Shown one piece after another: positions 40,001 to 48,938 of a stretch of 64,000 bases of DNA. The translations under genes were made by a program, and so were the position numbers. Origin of the DNA: a bacterium (GTDB taxonomy: Bacteria; Patescibacteriota; Microgenomatia; UBA8517); the NCBI GenBank assembly GCA_030583725.1, contig CP129472.1:671040-735039 (forward strand). The letters run 5' to 3'. The notes beneath the pieces were generated by a model. That model was not told the origin of the DNA and did no database searches. It saw nothing but the letters and a program-made list of their open reading frames with translations. How positions within the stretch are numbered: position 1 is the stretch's first letter; each line of letters begins with the position of its first letter.

Positions 40001-43000
40001 ATTCCCGGCTACGGAAACTGTGCCAGTGGCTCTGAAAAACATCACACCGCCCTTGGCACCACTAAAAGCCGACGGAGTAAAGTTCATGGAGGCGTTGACG
40101 GTGACATTGTTGTAATTGGGAACTCTTTGGATCATAACTAATTGGTTGGTTCCACTGGTAGTGCCGATATTTGAATCACTACCGGCAATGTCACCGTAAT
40201 AATTAAGCTTTGAGGTTTTGAAGGTAATAATGTTTGATGAAACACTTAAAATTCGAAGAGTTTCAAAGTTTCCGACATTGTCATAGGCACTCACAATTCC
40301 TTTTAAGTTGATAAGTAATATCTCATCTCCGGCAGCAAGACAACCGCTGGCAGGGGTAGTGCTTAAAGTAGCAGTGGTTGCAGTAAGGGTAGTTACCGAG
40401 TAATTCACCGCATCGCCACCGTCGGCACAACTTCGGCCGGAAATCAGGCTGGTTGTATTTATATTTGTGTTACCTGAAACCGTAATATTCCCATCTCCAC
40501 CTGTGCCGGTATCGATAGCTGGAGTAATCTCAATATTTGTCAGTTTAGTTTGAGTGCGGGTGAGATTGCCTGTGGTAGTATATGAGTTACCATTGCCGGA
40601 ATTGTATAAGTCTGTAATTTCAGCAGCAGATAATTTTTTCTTCCAAAAACCTACTTCGTCTATTATGCCATCAAAAAAGAGTTCTTCGGTTGTATATCGA
40701 GCTCCAATTCTAAAGTTGGCTACAGTGTCAGATACAACACCAGTTTCTGAGGCTGAATCAACTGTGCCATTGTTGGCTTGGATACTGCAGGTGTCGGCTG
40801 TGGCATCATGCCAAGCGGTTAAAAAATACCAAGTCGCGGTGGAAGGAGCCCCGAGGTTATTAGCGGTGGCAGTACAAACGGTAGTGCCAGACGAATTGGC
40901 AAGAATAAACTCAAACCGGCTTGAGGTGTTGTTGTAATAGAGCTCATATTCTTTGACGGATGAACTCTCTGACTTGCTGACGATAGTTCGGTTAGCTCCT
41001 GTGCTTTCTAGGTTCACCCAAGCGCTGATGGTGAAATCAATGTCTCCTGTTGAAAGTGAGGTGTTGTCAGTAATTTCAAAAAATTCACTATTAGTGCTTT
41101 CCAAGTCTGCTCCATTATTAACTTTACCCGTACCTGAAGCGGTGGTGTTGTTGTCTGTCAGGTTGTTACTTCCATAACTATCATTACGAGTGGTAGCGCT
41201 AGATCCAGCACTGGCTTCATTCATTGTCCAGAAGCTGATTAAGTTATTAATAAGGGTACCTTGGGAATCAACCAAGAAAGTTTTTGCAGAAGCATCATCA
41301 AATTCGTTTTGAAGTGCATGTTTTACGGTTTGGGTGGAATTGGTGATAGTTTTCCAAAGACCTGTTATTTTATCCTTAATCCAAGCCGTTAAAGATAGGT
41401 CGTTGGTATTTTGGTTGTGGGCAATTTCAATATAGTTTTGATTAGCGACAGCGGCGTTGGTTTGGGAATACTTGGTCATATCCAGGGCAATACGATGCCA
41501 CGCACTATCAGATCCATATAAAAAGAGGTGGTCAGTAGAAGAACTTCCTGCTGAGTTATTATCATAAAAAATTGTTCCTTCAATAGTATTAGTAGTTGAA
41601 GAAATATTACTTGCTAGAGTTATGGCGCCATCGTTGTGAATTGTAAATTTAGTAGTTCCAGACGCACTTGCTGTAAAAATATCTCCACCTTTGTCATTAT
41701 TAACCATTAAGGCTGCCATTCCGTTATTAACTGTGTTGTTTACCCACCAGACACCATTGTCTAGGATGTTGGGACTATTAACTGCTGAAGCATCATCTGC
41801 AAATATAATAGTTGCAGTACCATCTGGGTTTGAAATTATTCTTCCATCTAAATATAAAACTCCATCAACTTCCAAATCTCCACTGATTAAAACGTCATCT
41901 GATGTAGTAAAACCATGTCCTGTTGTCGCTGTTCCAAATCTGGAGTAGGCAACAGGAGAGGTACTACCGACTTGTAATGATCCGTCAAGAGCAATTCTTG
42001 CACCAGTTGGATCAACTAATAAATATCCATTTGAATCTAATGTAAAACCAGAATAAACAGTTCCGTCAGTGTAAGTTAATCTTAATTGTTCACCTGATGT
42101 TGCCAGAGAATCAAGTTTTGCATCTGGTCCAGTTGTCCCAATACCGACGTTGCCGGCAGAGGTGTCAACATAGAGTTGGTTGGTGTTAACAGCAAAATCA
42201 CCGGTTGTGGCAAGGGAGACATTGAGGTTTTGACCTGCAGTTGGGGTCAGAGTTAATGACCCACCTGTTCCGGTGCCAGTTAAAGTCATTCCGCCTGTCG
42301 ATCCAATTGTACCTGACCAGTAGTTACTGGCGTCATATCCAAGTCTAAGTTGTTCCGTCGTTTCGTTTATGGTGAGTTTCGCCGTAGGCGATGTCGTCCC
42401 AATACCGACGTTGCCATTTTCTACAATCAGCCCATAATTATTAGTAGCTCCTGAAGCAGAGAAGTAACCACCGATATTAATTGATGTTGTTCCTGTGTTG
42501 GTGACATTTGAGTAAAGTCCATATGCAGTGTGTGATGCATTGGCGTTAGTTCCACTTCTTATAATGTCTAGTATTTTAGATGAACCACTTGCTCCACCTG
42601 CTGTAGAAGTAGAGGAGAGGTCAAATAATGTCCCTGTGGTTAATGAAGATGAAGCAAGAGAAAAAGCATCTGCTGCTGTGACTGAGTTAAAAGTAAATGC
42701 AGTGGTGTAACCTGCATGGGCTAGGGATAGATTTGCAGTTGGGGTTAGTAAGTCTGACCAAACACTACTTCCACCCCCACCACCTAAACTACTAAAATCA
42801 GTCACACAGTTTGTTTCTCCATCACCTGTACAAAACTTGGTAGCTTCAATTGTCCCATCTGAGACTGGTGTTCCAAAAGTAGAAATTCCAGAAGTCACAT
42901 ATAAATCAGCCCCAATAGTAGTTAATCCTGTTGAGTCGACAGAAAATTTTGAAGTTGGTGTTGCTCCTGATAGAAAATTAATAAAATAGTAACCAGTGGC

Positions 43001-44188
43001 ATTACTGGCAATTGTTCCTGCATATAGTGATCCAGAAGTTATGTTTGCATTTGTTGCATTTACAAAACCATTTGCACCACCACCTGGTGCTGCTCCTTCA
43101 AAAATTAGGTCAAGAGTTCCAGTGCCATCTGGATTGATGGTTATGATACCGTTTGATGTATTTGGAGTGGTTAAGGTTAGTGCTTGTCCTTCTACTGCAA
43201 AGGTGCCTGAAGTAGATTGTATTTTAGGTGATGCGGAAGCTAAAACAACTGTTCCTGTTGAATCAATGTATGGAATTGTAGATGTTCCTGTCCCCGCGGG
43301 AAAGCCTTGTAGCGTTTCTGAGTTAATAGCATATGCAACTGTTGCAATTTGTATTCTTGGTGTTGCTTCAGCGTCTGTTCCAACGGTTACACCTAACCAA
43401 ATGTCTGCATTTTCACTAAAAACACTTGAAGCAATTTCTGCTCCACAAGATGAACCAAGTAGGGTTGAAAATATACCATCTTGATCGGGTGTAATTGAAC
43501 AAGTTCCAGAATCCCAAAGTTCAGTTCCCCCGGTTGAAACTGCGTATAACTTAAAAACCATATTTGTTGCTACAGTTTCCGGGTTTCCTAGGTCATCAGT
43601 TAACCTTCCTTGAAAGGATAAAAATCTGTTTGGTCGTTCAAGAGCGGTAGGGAAGGCAAGTGACCTGTCTGTTGAGTAGAAAACCTGATCATATACCGCA
43701 TAACCTGAAAGTGATGAAAATAAAATTAAAATTGCGATATGAATATAACTTGCAAGTGGATATGAATGATACTTTCTGTACCAGTTTGGTCGGTTGAAAA
43801 ACAAACTTGTTAAAACATTCTTTAACTTAGGTTTATTAATAAACTTTGAAATTATTCTTTCTTGCCAAGACTTTGAAATTGTTCTAAAACTAGACACATT
43901 TTCAACACCACTCATAAAGTTACTACCAGTGAAGTTTGAGTAACTTCTAAGTGTTGAAAGACGCCTATTTAAAGTTGAAAGTGGGGTAGTAAGTCTTTGT
44001 GAGTTAATATACTCCCTAATTAAATTTGAGCTAACCTTGCGATCACCAGCCCAAGTTAAAAAATTAACAATATCTGATTTGTAGTATTTTAAAGATTTAA
44101 GGGAAACTCCGTGTAATTTTAAATATCTTAAAAAATTTTCAATAACTTTGGTTTTGTTTACAACTTCTGAATTATTCATTTTCCGCAA
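37082..44188 (-). CDS. giant (2368 aa) membrane-anchored surface protein with an N-terminal integrase-SAM-like segment, TM anchor, repeated NVGIGTT(S/G)P motifs, a LamG/ConA-like lectin domain and a Gly-rich region
   Basis: Residues ~15-90 (IENFLRYLKLHGVSLKSLKYYKSDIVNFLTWAG...LSTLRSYSNF) follow the tyrosine-recombinase N-terminal SAM-like pattern. TM YIHIAILILFSSLSGYAVY. NVGIGTTSPTAKL and NVGIGTTGPDAKL. FDGIIDEVGFWKKKLSAAEI (Laminin_G_3-type). Long GGxGG tracts. Confidence 0.8.
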   Translation of the reverse strand: MRKMNNSEVVNKTKVIENFLRYLKLHGVSLKSLKYYKSDIVNFLTWAGDRKVSSNLIREYINSQRLTTPLSTLNRRLSTLRSYSNFTGSNFMSGVENVSSFRTISKSWQERIISKFINKPKLKNVLTSLFFNRPNWYRKYHSYPLASYIHIAILILFSSLSGYAVYDQVFYSTDRSLAFPTALERPNRFLSFQGRLTDDLGNPETVATNMVFKLYAVSTGGTELWDSGTCSITPDQDGIFSTLLGSSCGAEIASSVFSENADIWLGVTVGTDAEATPRIQIATVAYAINSETLQGFPAGTGTSTIPYIDSTGTVVLASASPKIQSTSGTFAVEGQALTLTTPNTSNGIITINPDGTGTLDLIFEGAAPGGGANGFVNATNANITSGSLYAGTIASNATGYYFINFLSGATPTSKFSVDSTGLTTIGADLYVTSGISTFGTPVSDGTIEATKFCTGDGETNCVTDFSSLGGGGGSSVWSDLLTPTANLSLAHAGYTTAFTFNSVTAADAFSLASSSLTTGTLFDLSSTSTAGGASGSSKILDIIRSGTNANASHTAYGLYSNVTNTGTTSINIGGYFSASGATNNYGLIVENGNVGIGTTSPTAKLTINETTEQLRLGYDASNYWSGTIGSTGGMTLTGTGTGGSLTLTPTAGQNLNVSLATTGDFAVNTNQLYVDTSAGNVGIGTTGPDAKLDSLATSGEQLRLTYTDGTVYSGFTLDSNGYLLVDPTGARIALDGSLQVGSTSPVAYSRFGTATTGHGFTTSDDVLISGDLEVDGVLYLDGRIISNPDGTATIIFADDASAVNSPNILDNGVWWVNNTVNNGMAALMVNNDKGGDIFTASASGTTKFTIHNDGAITLASNISSTTNTIEGTIFYDNNSAGSSSTDHLFLYGSDSAWHRIALDMTKYSQTNAAVANQNYIEIAHNQNTNDLSLTAWIKDKITGLWKTITNSTQTVKHALQNEFDDASAKTFLVDSQGTLINNLISFWTMNEASAGSSATTRNDSYGSNNLTDNNTTASGTGKVNNGADLESTNSEFFEITDNTSLSTGDIDFTISAWVNLESTGANRTIVSKSESSSVKEYELYYNNTSSRFEFILANSSGTTVCTATANNLGAPSTATWYFLTAWHDATADTCSIQANNGTVDSASETGVVSDTVANFRIGARYTTEELFFDGIIDEVGFWKKKLSAAEITDLYNSGNGNSYTTTGNLTRTQTKLTNIEITPAIDTGTGGDGNITVSGNTNINTTSLISGRSCADGGDAVNYSVTTLTATTATLSTTPASGCLAAGDEILLINLKGIVSAYDNVGNFETLRILSVSSNIITFKTSKLNYYGDIAGSDSNIGTTSGTNQLVMIQRVPNYNNVTVNASMNFTPSAFSGAKGGVMFFRATGTVSVAGNIHATGLGYAGGAGGPSPNRTNGSNGVGTNLNSIGSGNNNIGGGAGGVYNGGQGGGGGSYGTAGNTSTYGTLAGTTYGSTTLAKLYLGSGGGGGASYSDGTGSGSGGAGGTAGGIVTVSAENITVTGSIRANGNAGSNGVTHGTGGGGASGGSVKIMGKNLTLGSSLVSATGGSAGSGYAGSHGGAGGSGRIAIEYSSSISGTSSPASNTSLSGYHTYGLYHSKVISTPNSASLESIRWETPIVPYSKVSFQTRSGSTLSPTDGTWEAWKPFTATSNYLDLSDGNTHTEWTGTNLTVADGDVTRNVDQFEDEDEATAGNLTKLTSSTNGGYAEDTITSANLSGYDYLTFWIRASQTGSTVKVGMGESAGTEQEEFVKIDAADVWQKVYWDLSDIQSGARDAITKLRFTNLIASSNTIYIDNVRAEKLLTDNNFSKITSTPNEYLQYRIILSTTNNSYQPQVENVYLTYNDGYKIEQVDTNTVRLYNYTGEEQELRLDAVVFGADLAEWYTVDDDSIGAGDLVSITGKMDEFSVPILTKAKSINDPNLIGAISTKAGKTLGIEAENRRLLGLAGRIPVKIDPNSPAIFAGAELTSSQTPGLATLAMAGDRTIGKATENWEPNTGKDTITIIIDNSYAPNPTSMESRVYRYLYSTRELIDVVTERVVTQIGIFAGIITPEIKTNIISPIADSSLIIDLSASESARLVINGQDNQEVASIDSLGNANFEGTVESNQLAVNGDATISGTLYADDIESTRLSEIEELLREVETNQSLLAESQNWSTDTSFEDGTFTNLIAESIQANNLYVTGQAAISSLFVSDLLTVNKIESLDMPLQIQSLAATPLEIMAGKITVDIDGNTKFLGNVEVAGNLTINNIIVANNIDTTATESATIVEGEINSNATAGKAVLPANTRKVRINNNKVSLNTLIYITPIASTQNKVLYVKSKDTGYFEVGFSDTLETDVEFNWWIIELEGI
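37097..37313. repeat. direct repeat copy B (3' end of the giant gene)
   Basis: See copy A. Confidence 0.85.
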
Positions 44189-44657
44189 TTTATATAATAG
44201 GTTCAGATTATACTGATTATACCGACCTGTACTAATATTATTATATACCCACAGCCTGTCAAGAGGCTAAATGTTAATGAAAATAGTATATTATTAAATA
44301 TATGTTTCACAGATAAAATAGTTTAATTTCCGCACAGTAATTCTACTACCAAATATATCAAAGCATCTTATATTTATGTATATAGTTTACAATATTACTA
44401 TTATCGGGTTGAATTATTTGTGCCTAATAATGCCATTATGGTTATTTTGCGGAAATATGCGGTAAATTATTATTGCGTTTTTTAATTTATTTTAGCTATC
44501 GGTAATTATTCAATTTCTGTAAGATTTGCAGGAATTAGATCAAGTTTGGTCTTTTATTTTTTGTGCTGTTTTGTATTTGACTTTGGCATTTTAAGTACTT
44601 GACTGCTACGACTAATTTGCAGTTGTTTCGTCCCAATTTTATGAGTATATTTAAAGA

Positions 44658-45107
44658 ATGAATGAAGAATCTAACTTTTCCAGTAACAAGTCTAATTTTT
44701 TAATTGTAGTAGTCTTACTTGTTTTTTTACTTACTTTAGGGATTCTAGTTTATTATATTCGTTTCCAAACTACAATAGCTCCTCGTGCGGATAATTATAA
44801 TTCTATTCAAAGTGTTTCAATTGTTAACTCATATGTCTTTGCATCTCCAGTTAGAGCTAAAGCCTCTGGTGACTTAATACGGGTTACAACATTTGCTTTA
44901 GATGATAATGGGTCAGGTTTATATGACAAAAGGGTTGAACTGAAGTCTGATAATTCAGGCCTTGCGATAAAAGAGATACAAAGCTTAACAGATGAAACAG
45001 GTAAAGCCCTATTTGATTTAAGCTCTGATATTATTGGGACATATACTGTTGATGTTTATGTTGATGGTGTTAAATTGCCACAAAGTTTACGGGTAGTTTT
45101 TGACTAA
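44658..45107 (+). CDS. hypothetical membrane-anchored protein (149 aa)
   Basis: N-terminal TM LIVVVLLVFLLTLGILVYYI, then a beta-rich region. Confidence 0.45.
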   Translation: MNEESNFSSNKSNFLIVVVLLVFLLTLGILVYYIRFQTTIAPRADNYNSIQSVSIVNSYVFASPVRAKASGDLIRVTTFALDDNGSGLYDKRVELKSDNSGLAIKEIQSLTDETGKALFDLSSDIIGTYTVDVYVDGVKLPQSLRVVFD

Positions 45108-45110
45108 TAT

Positions 45111-46010
45111 ATGTTTACCACTGCTCCAGAAATAATAAATGATGCAACAATAGGGCAGGTTGTTACCCAACCAACAGCTACACCAACATCATCACCAAGT
45201 ACTACAACTGATTCAACTCCCACCGCTACACCTGTTTACACTTTCCCTTCATTTAAAAGGTATAGTGATAATTCGTTAATAATCTATGGGTTTGGACCAA
45301 TTAAATCTAAGGTGTTTTTAAAAGGTTTTGGTGTTTCTGAAGAAACAGTTTCTGATGAGACTGGTTTATTTGTATTTAATAGAATATACAGTCTGACTTT
45401 GACTTATCCAGAGCTTTGTGTACAAGCAACTGATGATTTGGGTAGGGTTACGCAACCTACTTGTATCCCAAGCCTACCAGGGAATAGTTCGATACCCTTA
45501 GAGGTGGGTCCGATATTGTTGTCTCCTACCGTTTCTTTGAGTAAAAATAGGGTAGTAGAGGGCCAAGACGCAATTATTACTGGTAAAACTACCCCAAACA
45601 CATTAGTTAATCTTTTTGTCTCCAAAAGTAATGACTTGTCAAAGTTAAGTTTTGTGTCTGAGGTCAATGCATACAGTTTGCCAGTTGTGAACACTACGTC
45701 GGATGATGAAGGTAAATTTGAAATAAGCTTGCCAACTGGGACAAAAGCAGAATACAGGATGTTTGCTTCTACTAAATATGGTGAAAATCTATCTGCAAAA
45801 AGTAATACACTAACATTTGCAGTAATAACTGATATTAAGTCCCTGTTGGAGAGGTTTGTTAATTACTTAATAACAAACAAAATAATAGTTGTTTTAATTG
45901 TAGAGGCAATCCTCATCGTTTTATTACTTATTCTGGCTTTAAAATCGAATAGGAGAGTCCAGAAGCGTCATAATGAAAAGGATTATCTAAAGTTTGTGGA
46001 GTCTTTTTAA
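45111..46010 (+). CDS. hypothetical surface protein with Thr/Pro-rich N-terminal region and C-terminal TM anchor
   Basis: TQPTATPTSSPSTTTDSTPTATP. C-terminal IIVVLIVEAILIVLLLILAL + KSNRRVQKRH. Confidence 0.45.
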   Translation: MFTTAPEIINDATIGQVVTQPTATPTSSPSTTTDSTPTATPVYTFPSFKRYSDNSLIIYGFGPIKSKVFLKGFGVSEETVSDETGLFVFNRIYSLTLTYPELCVQATDDLGRVTQPTCIPSLPGNSSIPLEVGPILLSPTVSLSKNRVVEGQDAIITGKTTPNTLVNLFVSKSNDLSKLSFVSEVNAYSLPVVNTTSDDEGKFEISLPTGTKAEYRMFASTKYGENLSAKSNTLTFAVITDIKSLLERFVNYLITNKIIVVLIVEAILIVLLLILALKSNRRVQKRHNEKDYLKFVESF

Positions 46011-46348
46011 GAAGCGTTGGAGTATCTACTAGAGTATTCCTTTTTAATTCTTTGAGACAAAAAAATCTTCATTAGTGATTGGTATGGAACATCCTGTTCG
46101 TTTGCAAGCATTCTTAAATCTTCTAACATCATTTGGGGAAGCCTTAATGTTACCTTTGCAGTTGATGGTTTGAGCTTTGAAAAATCAAGTTTGACTGGTT
46201 TAAAAATGTGAAGATAATCAGTTACACTGTGATTTGCCCAAAAGTCTCTCTCTTCATCCTCGTTTTTAAAAAGGGGGATTGTTGGTAATATTTTTTTACT
46301 ACGTAGTAGCAAACTCTGTTTACCCTGATTCTTTTTTTGTATCTTCAT
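46007..46348 (-). CDS. BrnA-like (CopG/RHH-type) antitoxin family protein, apparently without an adjacent BrnT toxin. The track ORF extends to 46408; likely start MKIQKK.
   Basis: KNEDEERDFWANHSVTDYL...KVTLRLPQMMLEDLRMLANEQDVPYQSLMKIFLSQRIKKE matches the BrnA pattern (EEExxFWxxHDxxDY...RLP...L...A...GVPYQSLIK). Confidence 0.5.
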   Translation of the reverse strand: MKIQKKNQGKQSLLLRSKKILPTIPLFKNEDEERDFWANHSVTDYLHIFKPVKLDFSKLKPSTAKVTLRLPQMMLEDLRMLANEQDVPYQSLMKIFLSQRIKKEYSSRYSNAS

Positions 46349-46434
46349 ATATTTTTCTTTCTTTGTTGTATCTAATATTTTATTGAAATGATAAAGTAAC
46401 TTCATCATTTTTGTACGATATTGTCAACTTGAAG

Positions 46435-47436
46435 TTATGATTTAGGTAATTTGTCCTTGAATTTATTTTTTAACATTTCTACCTCGTGTATTTCTTCTTC
46501 TAGTCTTTTTTCTAATTCCTCCTGTTTGTTTTTTGACTTCCTGCTCATTAGGTAGGAGAGTAGTATTATAATTATGATTGAGAAAATAATCATAACAATA
46601 ACTGTTACGGGTATGACCCAAACATAGTTGGTTGCAGTCAAAGTCTTGCCTTGCTCTCCATAGCTTGCCACTAAGTCAATTTTGTATCTTCCAAACATCC
46701 AAGTCTGACCCAATTCCACTTCATAATTTCTTTTGGCACTTGGAAATATATTTTTATCTTCCAATGTGACCCTTTCAGTTTCTTGTCCCATCCAATTAGT
46801 CAATGTTACTTGTCCTTTAGGGTTTATATGGTAGCCACCTTTGTTGCTAATCTCAAAATAAACAGGAATTTTGCCAAACTCAGAAAATATTGGAGATTTA
46901 AATATGTCTACAAATGCAGATTCTGTAATTGGGCCATTAATTCTTGTGTTGACTAAACCTACAATTCTTGGTGAGACCAACGATGCTGCTTCTGAATTTG
47001 AAGTTTGGGTTAGTTGTCCAGTCTGCTCGAAAATAATTGCACTATATCTTCCTCCTGGAAGGGTCTCTTGGGGTACGTTGATTCTAAAATTAACCCTTAA
47101 TACCTCACCTGAAGGTATTACTGCTTTAGTAAAAGGTAGTTCGATCCAATCATTAATTTGATCTTCAAGTAAAATGGGGGACCCATCTGTACCAGTAACT
47201 ATGAAGTCAACAGCCTTAATGTTTCCCGATATTGGTTGATCTGTTTCATTAAAAAACTTAATTTGTAAGTTTTCAGACTTACCTGGGTCAATAGCTACTG
47301 TTTGTCTAGAGGGGGCAACGGTCAAGGGTATTTTTGTCTGAGCGTTAGCTGTACTAAATACAAAGTACATAGAACAAAGAAAAGTAATTAGTGATAGAGC
47401 AGTTATAATCTTTAGATTGAATCTCATTTTTTTCAT
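46435..47436 (-). CDS. DUF916/DUF3324-like cell-surface protein (signal peptide, C-terminal TM + charged coiled-coil tail)
   Basis: Signal peptide. TVAPSRQTVAIDPGKSENLQIKFFNETDQPISG... C-terminal TM VIPVTVIVMIIFSIIIIILLSYL. Pattern-level family call. Confidence 0.45.
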   Translation of the reverse strand: MKKMRFNLKIITALSLITFLCSMYFVFSTANAQTKIPLTVAPSRQTVAIDPGKSENLQIKFFNETDQPISGNIKAVDFIVTGTDGSPILLEDQINDWIELPFTKAVIPSGEVLRVNFRINVPQETLPGGRYSAIIFEQTGQLTQTSNSEAASLVSPRIVGLVNTRINGPITESAFVDIFKSPIFSEFGKIPVYFEISNKGGYHINPKGQVTLTNWMGQETERVTLEDKNIFPSAKRNYEVELGQTWMFGRYKIDLVASYGEQGKTLTATNYVWVIPVTVIVMIIFSIIIIILLSYLMSRKSKNKQEELEKRLEEEIHEVEMLKNKFKDKLPKS

Positions 47437-47441
47437 ATTTT

Positions 47442-48938
47442 TTAAAATGTTGGCACAGCTGTATATTGTATTTTATTATAGTAATATCCAGCAGGCTGTG
47501 TACCTGTAATATCAATCCTGTAACAAACGTAAACACTTGACCCATCTACCGGCCCTCCATTTTCCATTATGTGTGCAGTTGAAGCACTTCTCGATTCTAG
47601 TGCTTCCTGATCTGCAAATTGTTTGGCATTAAAAGTATCACCACCAGCACCATCCCAGTCAAATATTGCGTCGGTTCCTGAGGAATTTTGTAAAGAATAT
47701 CCTAGTCCTGGGTATGAAGTAGGGTCAGAACCCCAGTCCCTATATGTTTGATGTGTACAACCCGTACCGTCACAAACAGTGTCTTGTATACAGTCATCTG
47801 CCTCTCCGGCAGCTGCGCCCGTACAAACTTTACCGTCTTTGCCCATTTGATCATTTTGTTCAACATAGACTTTATAACCAGAACCAGCATTTGTTGAAAC
47901 TGTTATTTGATGGTTGGTGTTGTGTGTAGCTGCTAAATATGTAGGAGACAAAGTTCCCCAACCAACAGAAGTTGCTGTTGTATCGGGTGAACTTGCTGTC
48001 CTAGTTATTCCACAATAGGAACCAGAGTCGGCAGTGATACCAGTAATTGTCAAGGAGAGCGACTCATCAACTGTCGCAGAAACAAGGATTCCCTCGACTG
48101 GGGCAACTGCAACATCTGAACTATCCAGTGTTGCATCAGTACCATCTCTTGACTTTATGTTTATTTGATATGAATCAGCTTGACCTTGGGTATGCGTGGT
48201 TAACGGTGCAGGGTTAATTATTCCTGGAGTTGAGTCAATTGTTACGGTAATTGCACTTAATGCTGCACAAGCTGAAGTTGCACGATTAATTAATATTCTA
48301 TGATCATTTGTAGCATCGCCTGCAGTGATTGAGGCAACTGTCCAGTTTACATCAGTGCATCCTGTAACTGCTATATCGGTTGTGGCGATGGTGCTGATAT
48401 CAAATCCATTGGCTGTTGTGCTTGCACCAGTATCAGGTATACCATCATTTGTTTTACCTGTTGAGTCAACTGCTGGGATTGTAATATAAAGATCTCCATT
48501 TGCAGGTATTTCTGTTACTGTAGTAAAAGCTAGAGTCAAACTACCGGATTGAGATGCAACTACATATGCAGTTGATTCAAGTGTTGTTGTTAGGGCCGAA
48601 GTTAAATTAAAAGTTGTGCTATCTATTATGTTTGCAACACTATAATTAACATCACCTAAACAACCTGTTTCTTCACTTCCTGCAAAACAAACAGTATCTC
48701 CAGGGAATAAGTGATTAGTGTTATTATCAGCGTTTCCGGAAGCATCAATTGTCACAGTTGATGATCCTGAAGTGCCTGTTGCAACACCAGCTTTATATGA
48801 AAACCTTGCATTAGATAATGTTGCAGAGGCTGATGTAAAGTTTGCTGAGTGTGTTTTGGTTCTTGGTGAAATTAAAATATAACCAAGGCTAAAACCTAAC
48901 AATAAAACAACAAAAATTATTAATTTCTTCTTCTCCAT
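47442..48938 (-). CDS. secreted Thr/Ser-rich surface protein with a divergent WxL-like C-terminal motif
   Basis: Signal peptide. C-terminal ...GTQPAGYYYNKIQYTAVPTF resembles the WxL C-terminal motif (AGTYxGxLTWTLxxAP) with W replaced by Y. Paralogous to the C-terminus of the 49818..50540 product. Confidence 0.45.
   Translation of the reverse strand: MEKKKLIIFVVLLLGFSLGYILISPRTKTHSANFTSASATLSNARFSYKAGVATGTSGSSTVTIDASGNADNNTNHLFPGDTVCFAGSEETGCLGDVNYSVANIIDSTTFNLTSALTTTLESTAYVVASQSGSLTLAFTTVTEIPANGDLYITIPAVDSTGKTNDGIPDTGASTTANGFDISTIATTDIAVTGCTDVNWTVASITAGDATNDHRILINRATSACAALSAITVTIDSTPGIINPAPLTTHTQGQADSYQINIKSRDGTDATLDSSDVAVAPVEGILVSATVDESLSLTITGITADSGSYCGITRTASSPDTTATSVGWGTLSPTYLAATHNTNHQITVSTNAGSGYKVYVEQNDQMGKDGKVCTGAAAGEADDCIQDTVCDGTGCTHQTYRDWGSDPTSYPGLGYSLQNSSGTDAIFDWDGAGGDTFNAKQFADQEALESRSASTAHIMENGGPVDGSSVYVCYRIDITGTQPAGYYYNKIQYTAVPTF

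Noticed and set aside
37248-43484. Numerous + strand ORFs (37248..37502, 38127..38546, 38640..38969, 39528..39716, 40554..40937, 40953..41177, 41691..41948, 42528..42710, 42996..43484)
   Set aside because: All are antisense to the continuous 2368-aa minus-strand ORF. Their compositions mirror the Gly/Thr/Ser-rich coding strand.
44189-44657. AT-rich 470-bp intergenic region with short inverted repeats (TTCCGCA...TGCGGAAA)
   Set aside because: It most simply fits a divergent promoter region between the giant gene and the 44658 gene. No convincing extended structure or RNA-gene signature was seen.
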